From Chara braunii (lineage: Eukaryota; Plantae; Charophyceae): 64,000 nt of DNA. Position numbers and translations under genes: made by a program. The stretch covers positions 3,421,808-3,485,807 of the forward strand of contig BFEA01000015.1 in NCBI GenBank assembly GCA_003427395.1. Direction: 5' to 3'. The notes beneath the pieces are model-generated. The model worked only from the letters and a program-made list of their open reading frames with translations, searched no databases and was not told the DNA's origin. Of the stretch, positions 36,270 to 49,117 are shown piece by piece; the stretch's first letter is position 1; each line of letters begins with the position of its first letter.

Positions 36270-37460
36270 AGTCTATCATCTAGTTGACTACTTTCTATTT
36301 GGTTGGCCTCTCCAGGAGGATGCAGGAATATGCGTTATCTGGTAAGTCATCTGTGATCCTGCGAAGGGTGGTTGAAAATTCGTTGGCCCTCGAAGACCGA
36401 TGCTGGAGCAACGCTGGCTGGAGCCGGAGCCAGGTGGCGCAACTTTGTGACCCAGCTTAGTGGGGGCGTGAGGCCTGGTAGAGAGCTCTGGGGGGCTGTT
36501 TGCGGGGGCAGTCCCAGTGGTCATCGGGGGTCGTAACTGGAGCAACGCTGGCCGGTGGTGGAGCAAGGTGGTGCAACTCTGTAAGACCTGATGGGAGTAT
36601 GAGGCCTGGAAGAGCTTCGGTTCGTACTGAAAACATCCATGTTGGTGGTGGTCGCAGGTGGATTGATTAGCTTTCACCTATCTGATTCGTGGCTGGGAGG
36701 CTTTTTACTATTTTTGCCGCTTGAGAAGGTTGTAGGAATAGGTGCTATCTGGCAATTCATCTGTGATCCTGCGAAGGGTGGTTGAAAATTCGGCGGCCCT
36801 CGAAGACCGATGCTGGAGCAACGCTGGCCGGAGCCGGAGCCAGGTGGCGCAACTCTGTGACCTAGCTTAGTGGGGGCGTGAGGCCTGGTAGAGAGCTCTG
36901 GGGAGCTGTGTGCGGGGGCAGTCTCAGTGGTCATCGGGGGTCGTAACTGGAGCAATGCTGGCCGGTGCTGGAGCAAGGTGGTGCAACTCTGTAACCCAAC
37001 CTGATGGGAGCATGAGGCCTGGAAGAGCTTCGGTTTTTTGTGCTGAAAACAGCCATGCTGGTGATGGTCGTAGGTGGATTGAATAGGTTTCACCTATNTG
37101 ATTTGTCGGTGGNTCTTATGAATGTCTTAGGACTCTAGGGACTCTTAGCAACCCATCCTAGGCGGTCTGAAGCGGTTATACTCAGTGATCTGCGGCTGTT
37201 CGATGCCAGAACGACGCTGGCCGGTGCTGGGGTGATGCCCTGTAACCTGCTGATGCAGGAGCGTGAGGCCTGGCAGAGAGATCTGGGGATGCTTTGGGGT
37301 GGGCATCCCAAGGGACAGCCAAGGCTTGCTGCTGGGACGACGCTGGTCGGACCCGGGGCGAGTTGCGTTGCCCTGTAACCCATTAGGGTGGGGGTGTGAG
37401 GCCTGGAAGAGCTCAGCAGGGAGTAAGACTGTGTTGGAAAGTCTTAGAAGGGCTTGTTAG
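36270..37460. repeat. ~400-bp tandem repeat: two close copies and a diverged third
   Basis: 36288-36677 and 36674-37093 near-identical; GAGGCCTGGAAGAGCT motif recurs at ~37398. Confidence 0.88.
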
Positions 37461-37703
37461 GGATCCTGAGGGTTGTCAGCTTTCGTAGGACCTCTGTGGC
37501 AGCCTATTGCATGTGTAGTTCCTTATTAGGTCATTAGATATTCACAGACTGATCTCAGTCGAAGCCGGGTAATGGCCCCGGTATCTCAAGTGATCTCAAA
37601 TGTTCTCAAATGTTCTCAAATGTTCTCAATGATCTGAACAATTTGATATGGGATGCTGGGCCCTGTTCCCAGCATGTGCTGCTCCCCACGCATAGACTGG
37701 AGC

Positions 37704-37737
<34 letters not shown>

Positions 37738-38307
37738 GTAGTGGTAGGTAGGTAGTGTGAGATGAAATTGAGAGAAGAACATAGCTTTATATAAAATAAA
37801 ATAAAAATGATTGGGTTCCAATTGGAGCCTCGATATCGACAGTCCATGGCTACCATGTTCGATCTAGCCAAGAATGGGTTTCCACCTTGTACTAGGTCCC
37901 ACTAACTAGGATTACTTGCTTCGAACCATCTGTTACGAAGACCGACGACCAGTACATAGGACTTATCCAGGTAAGGGGGACCTTTGCCCCCATTGATCAG
38001 ATGTTTCAAAGCCAAGGCAGATGATTTTTTCCTCGTTTTCATTGTCATTGTCGTTGCTTCGAGGGGGTCGGAATCGCGGCGAGAGGAGGAAGAGGGCCCA
38101 GCATCTTGACGGGGGCAAGGTCCCACTTACCGAGTTCTCTGTTCCTGGCCATTGGTCGTTGTGATCTACGGTCCAGAAAGAGGGATCCAAGAAAGGAGGG
38201 CTTTGGAGTGAGCTCTGGACATACTACCAGCTATCAGATACGTCGAGGCCAAGGTGGAATTCCGGCCAGGTTCATTTTTTTTTTTTTTGAAAAACAGAAA
38301 GGCCTAC

Positions 38308-38418
38308 CTACCTTCTTCCCCCGAATACAACGCACAGTCATTATAGCTGTATTTAGACTGAAGGATGCCCCAAATACAGCTATAATGACCGTGCGTTGTA
38401 TTCGGGGGAAGAAGGTAG
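38308..38418. mobile_element. MITE family b, near-perfect hairpin copy
   Basis: CTACCTTCTTCCCCCGAATACAACGCACAGTCATTATAGCTGTATTT and its reverse complement. Confidence 0.85.
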
Positions 38419-39002
38419 TGCGGGTACGGCCTGAATCTGTCAAGAAGACTTTCAACTGCTCTGGAAGCCCCACATTGCGTGAAACAGCAGCCACGTTTCT
38501 CTTTTCCTAAACCCCTTTTTGGGTTCCCCCTTCTAGGGTTCCGAACCCTTTTTTTTTTTTTTTTTTTTTTTTTTCCAACCTTCTCCTTTTTCTTGCTTTC
38601 ATTTGGATTGTTGGAATGAGTGGGAGTTTGAGGGCCAGGAGGAGGGCCACCAGGTAGGGGGGGGGCTGCTCTCACCTCCTCTCCTTGTAAGTTTGAATGC
38701 TGAACGATCCTTGCGGCGGCACAAAATCCATAGGCCATGAACCACCGCCAGTAGCGGACGAGTTTGACGGCTAAGAGCATACTCACACTAGGACCTTTTT
38801 ACTTATTTCTGGATGGAAAATGCAGCCAGATACATCCAGGTCTGGCAGTAGTTACGCTCAGATACGTTCAGAAGAAGAGCGGCAGTGTGAGTACGCCCTA
38901 ATAATACTTAATATCAGTTGGCAAGAACTGGCATGCAATGATCTGATGTGTCACCATCTCAAACAAAACACAAAGTCACCATCTCAAACAAAAAACAAAA
39001 AA

Positions 39003-39164
39003 CAAAAACGAGTTATAATTGCAGTATGGGCCAAGATACAGTTTGCAATTGCACTTCGGGCACCTTACCTGGCCAGAAAGCTGGGTTGTAAACGTTGCCC
39101 CAACTGCAATTTTGAAACTGTATCTTGGCCCATAGTGCAATTATAATTCATTTTTGTGACTCCC
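39003..39164. mobile_element. MITE family a, inverted copy
   Basis: Reverse complement of 23828-23994. Confidence 0.8.
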
Positions 39165-39555
39165 ACATAAAAAGACGTGTCATGATCTCAAGACCTTCGC
39201 AGGGAGATCTGACGGCTAATACCTGCCCTACTTGGTAAGAATCATGCAAGACGAAGGGTCTCGCCGCACCGCACACGAAAACGAAACGAGTGCATCTGCC
39301 AGCGAAAGGTGGCAAAATACACTCATTACTATTTATAGCAAACCGATGAACCTGGCCATTTTCTGCAGGAAGATGCACTCGTTTCGTTTTCCGTTTCGTA
39401 TCCCGTGCGGCGACGCCCGAAATAGCACGTGGTATTGTACCCCAAATTCGTGGGGCTTGACGGTAGGACTGCCGCTGTAGAGCTAATAGTAGATTCCGTG
39501 CCACCTACCCTGGGGGTACATTTGCGAATTATTTCCTCCATTTGCAAGTCATTAA

Positions 39556-39967
39556 GGGCCTCGCCACACCTATGTCGAAAACTGATTTTTCGACATTTTC
39601 TCCTCGCCACACAGCATGTCGAAATCCGAGATGCAAAAAAATTCAGGAGCTGTCAGGGAAAGGGTTTCGACACCTCCTCTCGAGACGGGCTCGTTTCCCA
39701 GCCTGCAACTTCGACATTTTCAACAGCCCTCCGATGGGATGTCGAATTCTTGCCCGAATGTCGAAAAAGAGAATGCACCAATGCTTGTCCTATCTTCACC
39801 CCAGTTTGTCTCTTTTGTGCATACGACTCGTGAGTTCTTCACTTGGACATGCGGTGTGGCGAAGAGGGGTTTTCTGTCGAAAGAGGGAATGTCGAAAATG
39901 GGAATGTCGAAAATCTCCTGACATATGTCGAATTTCGTGATGTTTCTACATTTGTGTGGCGAGGCCC
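39556..39967. mobile_element. PIF/Harbinger (Tourist-like) MITE, 412 bp
   Basis: TIR GGGCCTCGCCACA...TGTGGCGAGGCCC; TAA target duplication both sides; internal TGTCGAAA repeats. Confidence 0.9.
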
Positions 39968-42037
39968 TAACTTCAAATCTCTCGGGATTGATTAGCCATT
40001 GTGTGACACCAAATTGAGTTGTGGTGGCAAACATGTGTGACAATAAATTTGACCTCTGGTGGTGAATGTGGGACACAGATTTGAGCTGTAGTGGGAAATG
40101 TGAATTCGGTCTGCGGTGGTGACAGTGACAAGCAGGTTTTGCAACTTTTTTTTTTTTTTTTGCAACTTTTTTGCTTACAAGAGAAAACATAAGAAGCCTT
40201 CTTCCTTTTGGTCGTGCGGTGAAAGGCTGCAATTGGGTGTGAGGTGAGAAAGGCGGAAAGGAAAAAAAAAAGAGAAAAAAAAAGAAAAGAAAGGTGAAAC
40301 GGTGGAGTTCACTACTGGAGGTATTTCCCCCAGTTGGTTTTACAAGGAAAGCAAAAGTAGAAGGTCATTTCGGTGCTCTCTATGGCCCTAGTAGCATTAC
40401 TCGCCATCCACCAAAATTCTGAACGAATCTGAACAGGCAGTCCGTCCCGATGCATTCACAATCTTGGCAAATGGCGGGTAATGCAACCACGTCGTAAATG
40501 AGCCGTACCCATCGTCCATTCTAGAATCCAGTGGTTGGGAAGCGTTAGCAGCCACACATCCTCACCTCCCAGTGGGACACTTGTCATGATGCCAAACGAG
40601 CATCTTGTGTAAGAGCAGGGAGCATGCTTGCCAGCGCCCAGCATAGTCCGATGATCGGCCAACACCTCCGAGCAGAAGCGTGCCAGGTGTAGAAAGCCAG
40701 GTACATGTGACAGCAACTTGCCACATTTCTTGGAAAGAATTATCTTGGGGCCCTTTTGGGGGGTCTCCCAGAATAGAAAAAAACAAACAAACTTGGAGGG
40801 TCAGAGTTCAGGTGAAGGATCATCTCACACAAAAAACAACAAGCTGAAAACAAAAAGGAAAAGAAGCTGCCAAGGTGGACATGTAGGTGACCAAGCCAGG
40901 GCAACCCAATGCTATGTTTGTGCTAAGCTAGCATGAAACTTGCCGTCTTTGCGACCAGATACGGACAAGCAAGGGCAACCCACAAACTCAGCTATGTTTG
41001 CCTCACGCTAGCATGAAGCTTGGCACTTTTGTGACCAGATACGTGCTAGTATCCGAACATGGGCTAAGAGAGGGCAACCTAGGAATTGAGAGGCAACCAC
41101 CACAACTGGTGGGTGCTATATTCATGCTAAGCCGAGAGAATCTGATGAGCTTTGCGACTTGTGCGACCATTGAATTTCCATGTTTGCAAGAGCATGGACC
41201 ATGCAAAAGCAACCCTCAAATGAAGAGGCCACATGGTAATAGTACTATATTTTGGGCTATGGTACCATGAGCCTAGGCTGTTTTGGGACCAGATTCATGT
41301 TTGCTGAGCATGGAAAGAGCAATGCCTTCTTCCACCAAACTTACACCACCAGCAGACGGGCCATACATCAGCCGCAGGTCCCTCACCGCGAGTTTCGGAG
41401 GCCCGAAATGCGACGCCGGCTATTGATGAAGTTTATCAACGGAGTGCCGGCCCCGACTTTTTCCCTATCATTGTGAACAACGACAAGCTGTCTGCACCAC
41501 TCTGAAACATTCACAAGACAAAAGCCAGTGAGGCCTGACCCTTCAAGGCAATGCACCCCTGTGCGAAGTCTACGGGTGCAATGCCCATGCCAAGTGCTAT
41601 GTCAGGATATGCTTGGCTGTGCTACAGCCTTGCCCATGGCATGCACATACTGTATACGAGCTTTGCACTCTGAGGTGGAGTACCCTAAGATCATGGGGAC
41701 TAGACAACGTCAAAGCAAAAAAAAGGGATAGTCTGTGAAATACTCCTGATCGTTGAACATAATGCTAAAATACCCCCAAAAGATGTGGATAGACCAGAAA
41801 CCCCGTCTGCACAAAGAACTTTGTGATATGCCCTCTAGCGCAGGTATGAGAAACTTGCGCCATAACCCTCTCCCCGAACGGCTAAGCTCACTTCATTATT
41901 TACCCTATTTGCCTGCCAACAAGGTTGAGAACTTGGCAGAATGCCACAGCCCATTTGCAGGGCAATGTGGTTGAATCGGACACACAGGTTGGAACTTCAC
42001 ACTCCTGCAGCTGCTCATCCCTCACCCCCTACAATCC

Positions 42038-42511
42038 CTGTCTCTTATNNNNNNNNNNNNNNNNNNNNNNNNNNNNNNNNNNNNNNNNNNNNNNNNNNNN
42101 NNNNNNNNNNNNNNNNNNNNNNNNNNNNNNNNNNNNNNNNNNNNNNNNNNNNNNNNNNNNNNNNNNNNNNNNNNNNNNNNNNNNNNNNNNNNNNNNNNNN
42201 NNNNNNNNNNNNNNNNNNNNNNNNNNNNNNNNNNNNNNNNNNNNNNNNNNNNNNNNNNNNNNNNNNNNNNNNNNNNNNNNNNNNNNNNNNNNNNNNNNNN
42301 NNNNNNNNNNNNNNNNNNNNNNNNNNNNNNNNNNNNNNNNNNNNNNNNNNNNNNNNNNNNNNNNNNNNNNNNNNNNNNNNNNNNNNNNNNNNNNNNNNNN
42401 NNNNNNNNNNNNNNNNNNNNNNNNNNNNNNNNNNNNNNNNNNNNNNNNNNNNNNNNNNNNNNNNNNNNNNNNNNNNNNNNNNNNNNNNNNNNNNNNNNNN
42501 NNNNNNNNNGT

Positions 42512-42605
<94 letters not shown>
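42038..42605. other. Partial Nextera adapter, N-gap, then (GT)n(GA)n
   Basis: CTGTCTCTTAT at 42038-42048; Ns at 42049-42509. Confidence 0.95.
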
Positions 42606-42606
<1 letters not shown>

Positions 42607-43379
42607 GGTGTGCCTTGCCCCTCCAACGGCTAGAGGGGCATCGCAAAAATTAAACCAACGCTCATAGGGGTATATTGATCATTAATTGAACCCTCAAAAA
42701 GTCTGGTGGTATCGAAAACTCGAATAGGTACCCCGTAGGGGTATCTTGCCAAGAGGACTGGTCCAATTGACACATTAGTTATTTCAAAAGATTTGACATT
42801 TGTTAGAAAGGCATTCCATTCTACCCACGTTTTTTAGTTGAGGGGTATTTTAGGATTTCCGCCAACTCTTATGGTTTGGGATTCCCTCGAAAAGCAAAAG
42901 GGTGAAAAAAAAAGAAGTTTCTATGAGCTAATGTTCATTCGATATGTTCTGCAATGTCCTTTGTATATATGAACTCAGTTATACTATGTCCATGTTATAT
43001 GTTCTGAGTTACAATAATGAGTTCCAAATTGACTTTGGTACTTATAGCCCTATTGTAAGCAAGAGGATATAACGATGTTTTCGTTAAAAATGAAATGTTT
43101 TATGAAAAGTGAACATACATAAATTATCATTTTTTTACAAAACAGAAGTCGATGATATTTATGAACAGAATAAGAAGATTTTCGATATAGAAAAAATATA
43201 ATGATGAAAAGTTTAACAAATTTTAAAACATATAAAGAACTAACAGTCTATGCTGTTAACAAAAGAAAAGTTTTTTATAACATTCATAATAATACTTGAA
43301 TATCGCGAAATAAAATTTGTGTTTGAAAAGTTCATATGTTGGGCAAAGCGGGCACCGTCATATGCCTTGCAAAAAGGTC

Positions 43380-46300
43380 TCAGCCCCTTACATCGCCAAG
43401 TGTTGTGAGTTAGGAATTTCAAAGAATCAGCGTGCATAAAAGCAAAAAACATGGTCAGGCCCCCGGACAGATAACACTCTGATTTGCAGTAAAAGAAATA
43501 TTTTGCCATCATACGTTCGACTTAGCTAACTTAAAGTTAGCAGGTACTATCTTCTATAATTATAAATTGTCAAATCTTCCAAAACAGTGATATCATTTTG
43601 TCCATGATGTGCAAGATCCCCTTACATCTCCAAGCGTTGTCACTTAAGAAAGACCCTGAGTGCTTAATTTAAAGCAACTCTGGTTTGACCTCCGGACAGA
43701 TAGCACCCCCATTTGCAGTAAAAGAAACACTTTGCCATCATACTTTGGACTTAGCTAAGCTACCTATCTTCTATTGTAAACTGTACAATCTTTCAAAAAA
43801 ATGGTATCATTTTGTTCATGATATACAGGGTCCCTGTATTCTATACACGCTTTTATTCTTTCATTTTCCCACAACAGGAGATGTCGCACATATTTGATTG
43901 TCGTGTCAACAAGACCATCCACTAATATTTTCAACATCGGTAGTTCTCTAATCGCTCTTCGAAATTCTGTTAGCCTTCGCATATTAACTTTATCTACATT
44001 GGACCTGTTTTCACTTGCAGAATATTCATTATAAATAAAAAATGACACCTTGCAACGTCCTTGGATGCATGCCTCCGCCAAAAACAACGTCATGACCTTC
44101 AAATTATTGTAGTAGAATTTCACTGCAGAGTAATATAATTGTGAGAATGACACAAGCACCTCTCGTGGATACATTTTCGACCCGCAACACCAACGACCAC
44201 AAATGTAGAGAGACTATCGAGGACAATGTTCCCAATGGTGCGGAGCAACGTCCACACCTCAGACACTGACTAGTAGATCTTAAAAAATGACTTCAAAAGT
44301 GAAAAATATTGCTCCCATATCACGCCACAAGTTTCTTCCCCATACGATGTCATTGGACGGTCATCAAGTAGTCGCAAATGGTTGGACCATTCTTCGAAAC
44401 AACAAAATACGGTTCAAACAATATTTGAATGAGACAAAATTAAAGCTAAAGTTCTTCATCATCAGAAACGCTAACGTTCTTCATCGTCAAGAAGAGCAAG
44501 GCATGCCATAACTATTTCTCTGACTAATTTTGGAATGTGCAGTCCATTTTCTAAGCGCGATATTTTTTACGAACACCTCCACAAAATACAATTTGCATAC
44601 TGTCATCGCTCAAGTGATGTTTTATCCTTTTCAGAAATGTAGACGCAACCTTTTCATAGCAATAGGCTGTGGGCCATTTTTTAAGCAACCCGTTTCTAAC
44701 TTTGATTGATTCACGAAACCGTTTTTGTGTTGTATATGATTACTAATCGGAACCACTTTTGATGACGGTCATCTGCAACCGTCATTATGCCGAAGACATT
44801 GGATTTCAAATCCATGTCGGGCATCCGCAACCTTCATTGTGTCGAACACGACGACTTTCGAACGCCTTGTCGTCCAATTCTTGAGACTCCCCACAACATT
44901 GACATGTTATCGTGACAGTTTGTCGTTGATAACCTTCAAGTTCTGTATGTGTCAAACAGCTGGCAGTTTGAAGTCCGGACCACCAAAAGCACTATTGTAG
45001 GGGACACGCGACAACTTCCCTAGACGGAAGGTTTCCTTGAAGGCAGTCGTTCCCGAGAACATGGAAAGCAGTTGTTTCCCGATACTGCATTAGACGCAAT
45101 GTCATCGTTCGTCCACCATTTGCCGCGTCCTTCGATTAGGCACCCGATAGGGTGAGGCAGTCTTTAGTCTTCGAGACTGACCACCATGCACATATGTCAT
45201 ACAGTCGATCATCTGCTATCCATAACAAAGACAGTACAAGAGACATATCTGCTCCCTGTGGTCTAAACGACACATATTTCCTGAGACACCACGCCATCCA
45301 TTAGTATTGTCTTAATCGTGAGTGGTGGACATCCCTTACAATTTGTTACCGACGACCTTCCGTATGTGCCAAACAGTCGGTCGTCCTCGACTTAGATGAC
45401 CGAAAACACTATTGTAGAGAGACCAAAAACAGTTGTAGAGGCGGCGAATGTTGGTGAAGGATGCGTGCGTCCAATGTTCATCACCATTTCTTGTCGTGTT
45501 GCCTTGACAACAGTCCATGTTAGTGTCTGATTTGCAATGGAGTGCCTACTGCGGGCTATTGACGGGAAAGTTATCGTGTTGGACACGGTAAGTGGCAATG
45601 AACCAGTCCATCCTACGCTATTCGTCACTCGATGACGTTGTATACATGCCAAACAACCAGAACAAGACTTTAGATAACAGACGATACCCTGTCGTTGGAC
45701 TGTGTCTGCGATAGAGAGCGCCAACCATATTCGACTGTATGGGGCAGTTTCACAACCTCTGGACGTCGTTCGGAGTGCCTTCATCAGTCGGTGAACAATA
45801 AAGTGTTGATCCCTTATTATTTATGGGCAAGTTGTTGTGTTGGAAACGACACTTGACGAGGACTGCCCATGACGATATCCATCAGTGCATCACAATTGTG
45901 AGTCCGACACAGTTTGCTATTGACGACCGTGACCTTCCATATCATGATGTGCCCAACAATCCATCTTACTCTCGTCGGATGACCAAAAGCACTATTGTAG
46001 AGGACGGATGGTACCTTTCCCGGACATACGCTTTCCAAGGCGATAGCTGCTGCAGAGAGCGCCTGCCGAATAGTGCCTGCCATATGAAGTGCCTTGAAAA
46101 GTCGACTACGACTGCAATAGATTTCTGATAACGTAGGTCATGCACGTGAACGTCGACGAGTCGGTCACGATCACAAAATTTTACCAGAATTCAGGCACCA
46201 CGGATGGCAGAACACGACAACTGCTGGCAGGTTATTGTGTCGAGCACGATGACACAAATCATGCATCGAGGTTGAATCATCGTGTTGGACATGACACCTG

Positions 46301-47720
46301 CCGGACAGTCTATTGTTTCACACACCACCACAACCTCATAGGCGGGATGCATTGGGCACCTTTCCTGGTTCCATCCTATGGACACGGCGAAGACATCAAA
46401 GACACAATCACCGTTGCAAGGTTGAACAGAGGTCGGGCATCACGGTTGGCACCACGACCTATGGCAGGCATCACAAAAGGGACAGCGACCGCTGGTCACC
46501 TTCGGGTTACGAAGAGAGGTTATGCGATTTATGAAAACATAGGTCATTCACGCGATCGACGAGTTGGTCACGATCAAAGTTGTTCACCAGAGTTAAGGCA
46601 TCACGGACGACAGGACACAACTACCGCTGGTAGGTTGTTGTGTCGGGCATGACAACACAAATCATGCATCGAGGTTGAGTCATCTTGTTGGACAGGACGC
46701 CGTCGGACAGTCTATTGTTTCGCACACAATGACAACCTCATAGACGGGGTGCATTGGGGGCCTTTCCCGACTAGTTATTGGGTTGGACACGACGACCACA
46801 TCACGGACGCAATCACCATTGTAAGGTTGAACAAAGATCAGGCATCACGGCTGGCACTGCGACCTGTGGCAGGCATCACAGAAGGAACTGCGACCGCTGG
46901 TCACCTTTGAGTTACGCAGAGTGGTTATGCCCGACAATGTGACTGTTGGCCAGGTTATCTTCAGGTTGGGTCATCGTGTTGGATATGATGACTGTCGGCA
47001 GGTTGTCGGAAAGGAGACGACAACGGCCTCATGCACGGGATTTATTGGGCATCTTGCCCGACTGGTTATCGGGTTGGACACGACGACCACCTCATGCACT
47101 ACATGTTTTGGGCACCTTGCACGCCCGGTCATCAGGGTGGACATGACGACCACATCATGCACAGAGGGTAGTGGAGTCATATGAAGCCGAGGAAGTGCCC
47201 GACAATGTGGCTATTTGGCAGGTTGTCTTGAGGTTGAGTCATCGTGTTGGACACAATGATCGCCGGAAGGTTATCGGGTTGGATACAACGACAACTTTAT
47301 GCACGAGATGTATAGGGCAACTCGCCCAAATGGTTATCGGGTTGGACACGACAACCACCTCATGCACTGGATGTTTTGGGGATCTTGCAGGCTTACACGA
47401 CCGGTTATCGGGTTGGACGAGACGACCACATCATGCACAGGGGGTCATATGAACCCTAGGAAGTGCACGACAATGTGACTGTTTGGCAAGTTGTCTTGAG
47501 GTTGAGTCATCGTGTTGGACACAATGACCACCGGAAGGCTATCGGGTTGGATACAACGCAACCTCATGCACGAGATGTATACGGCAGCTGGCTCGAATTG
47601 TTATCGTCTTGGACACGACAACCACCTAATGCACTGGACGTTTTGGGCACCTTGCACGATCGGTTATCAGGTTGGACACGACGACCACATCATGCACAGG
47701 GGTAGAGGGGTCATATCAAG
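43380..47720. repeat. Series of diverged tandem duplications (~240, ~420-580, ~410 and ~270-290 bp units)
   Basis: Recurrent ATTTGCAGTAAAAGAAA (2x), CACTATTGTAG (3x), 46160-46560 vs 46560-46920, GACAATGTG..GAGTCATCGTGTTGGA (3x). Confidence 0.8.
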
Positions 47721-48795
47721 CCACGGAACCTGCACTCCGGGTACTTTGTTGACGTCATCAAACAAAAAACGCAAGAGGAAAGATAGAGACCGTTGATCGT
47801 AGATATCAACAACTTGCATAAACCCTCCCCAAATACTGTAGTCTCCAAACCGACGATTCCAAGACGAGCAAGTGAGAGATAGTTGTCAGACACTATTAGA
47901 CGGTGGGTCAGTTACCTGGACAGCGGACCACGGTCTTACGAAGCAGATCTCCGATTCGCGCAGTAGCCGCTTTGGTTGGCCAGTGCTGCCAGCAGCAGCT
48001 CGTTCCGTGGACGAACGTTCGCCGCACCACACCCGATCGCCAATGATGGGGAACGCAAAAACATACGTCGCAACACACCCGCTCGTGAAATGAGGTTGTT
48101 GCTCGAGTGGAAGGTGTTTTGAAAGGACGAGGCATCCAGTGACAAACACCCGTTCGTATCCCCTTTGTGGCATAGGGCCATCGGCACCGTCGTTTTGATT
48201 CGATCAAAAGGCCGACGGCTCGCGGGAAGAGACTGGCTCCAGAGTATAACGTTTGTGCCCTCTTTGTAGCACAGGGCCATCGGCACTGTCAATTCGATTC
48301 GATCAGACGGCCGACGGTTCGTTGGAGGAGACATGCTCCAGAGTATATAAGTACGAGTGGTCCCCCTCCTCCATTTTGCATTCTCATTTGTGATTCAGCG
48401 TGCACGTCGGACTTCAATGCAGGTCAGAATTTGTTTGCGACGTTTGGTGAGTCAAAGGCAAGCCAGCGGAAAACACCCGCTTGTCCCTGCTATCTGGCAC
48501 AACGCCATCGCCACCATCGGTTCGACTCGATCGGACGACCATCGGTTCGCGGTAGGAGACAAGCTCCATAGTATATAAACAGGGGTGAGCCTTCTTCTCC
48601 ATTTTCCAGTTTTGCTCTCACTCTCTTGTCGCGTGGCAGAAGAGAGTGAGTGGGGCCAGACGGTGGCGCTGTTCCAAGGCGAGGAGCACGGTTCGAGCGG
48701 ATCTTCGGAGCGGAAGAGAAGAGAAGAGAGCGAGTGGGGTCGAGACAGCGCCGAGCTATTTGAGCGTTGTTCCAAGGCGAGCAGCACCTTTGGAG

Positions 48796-48833
48796 CTGTC
48801 TCTTATACACATCTAGATGTGTATAAGAGACAG
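48796..48833. other. Nextera mate-pair junction adapter (assembly artefact)
   Basis: Exact 38-bp adapter between two identical ~145-bp copies. Confidence 0.99.
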
Positions 48834-49117
48834 GGGCCAGACGGTGGCGCTGTTCCAAGGCGAGGAGCACGGTTCGAGCGGATCTTCGGAGCGGAAGAGA
48901 AGAGAAGAGAGCGAGTGGGGTCGAGACAGCGCCGAGCTATTTGAGCGTTGTTCCAAGGCGAGCAGCACCTTTGGAGCGGATCTCGGAGTGGAAGAGAGAG
49001 TCGGCACCGTTTTGAGAGGTGAGCACAGTTAGAAGGACAGCGACAGACGGTGAGAATTTTTCCCGATCCCCAATTTCAGACCACGAAGCGCCACGTGGCA
49101 GTTTCGGCTTTGCAGTT

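Larger units (their letters stand above)
34987..37734 (+). mobile_element. Non-autonomous poly(A) retroposon (2.75 kb) with 15-bp TSD
   Basis: GGAGTAGTGGTAGGT at 34972-34986 and 37735-37749; poly(A) 37708-37734; LINE-like 3' stem-loops. Confidence 0.85.

Noticed and set aside
41760-42860. Mutator-like TIR pair (CTAAAATACCCC / GGGGTATTTTAG)
   Set aside because: The match is short, spans a gap and an adapter, and no TSD was found.
48651-48977. Perfect ~145-bp direct duplication, or a Tn5-like element
   Set aside because: The copies are separated exactly by the Nextera junction adapter, so this is an assembly artefact.
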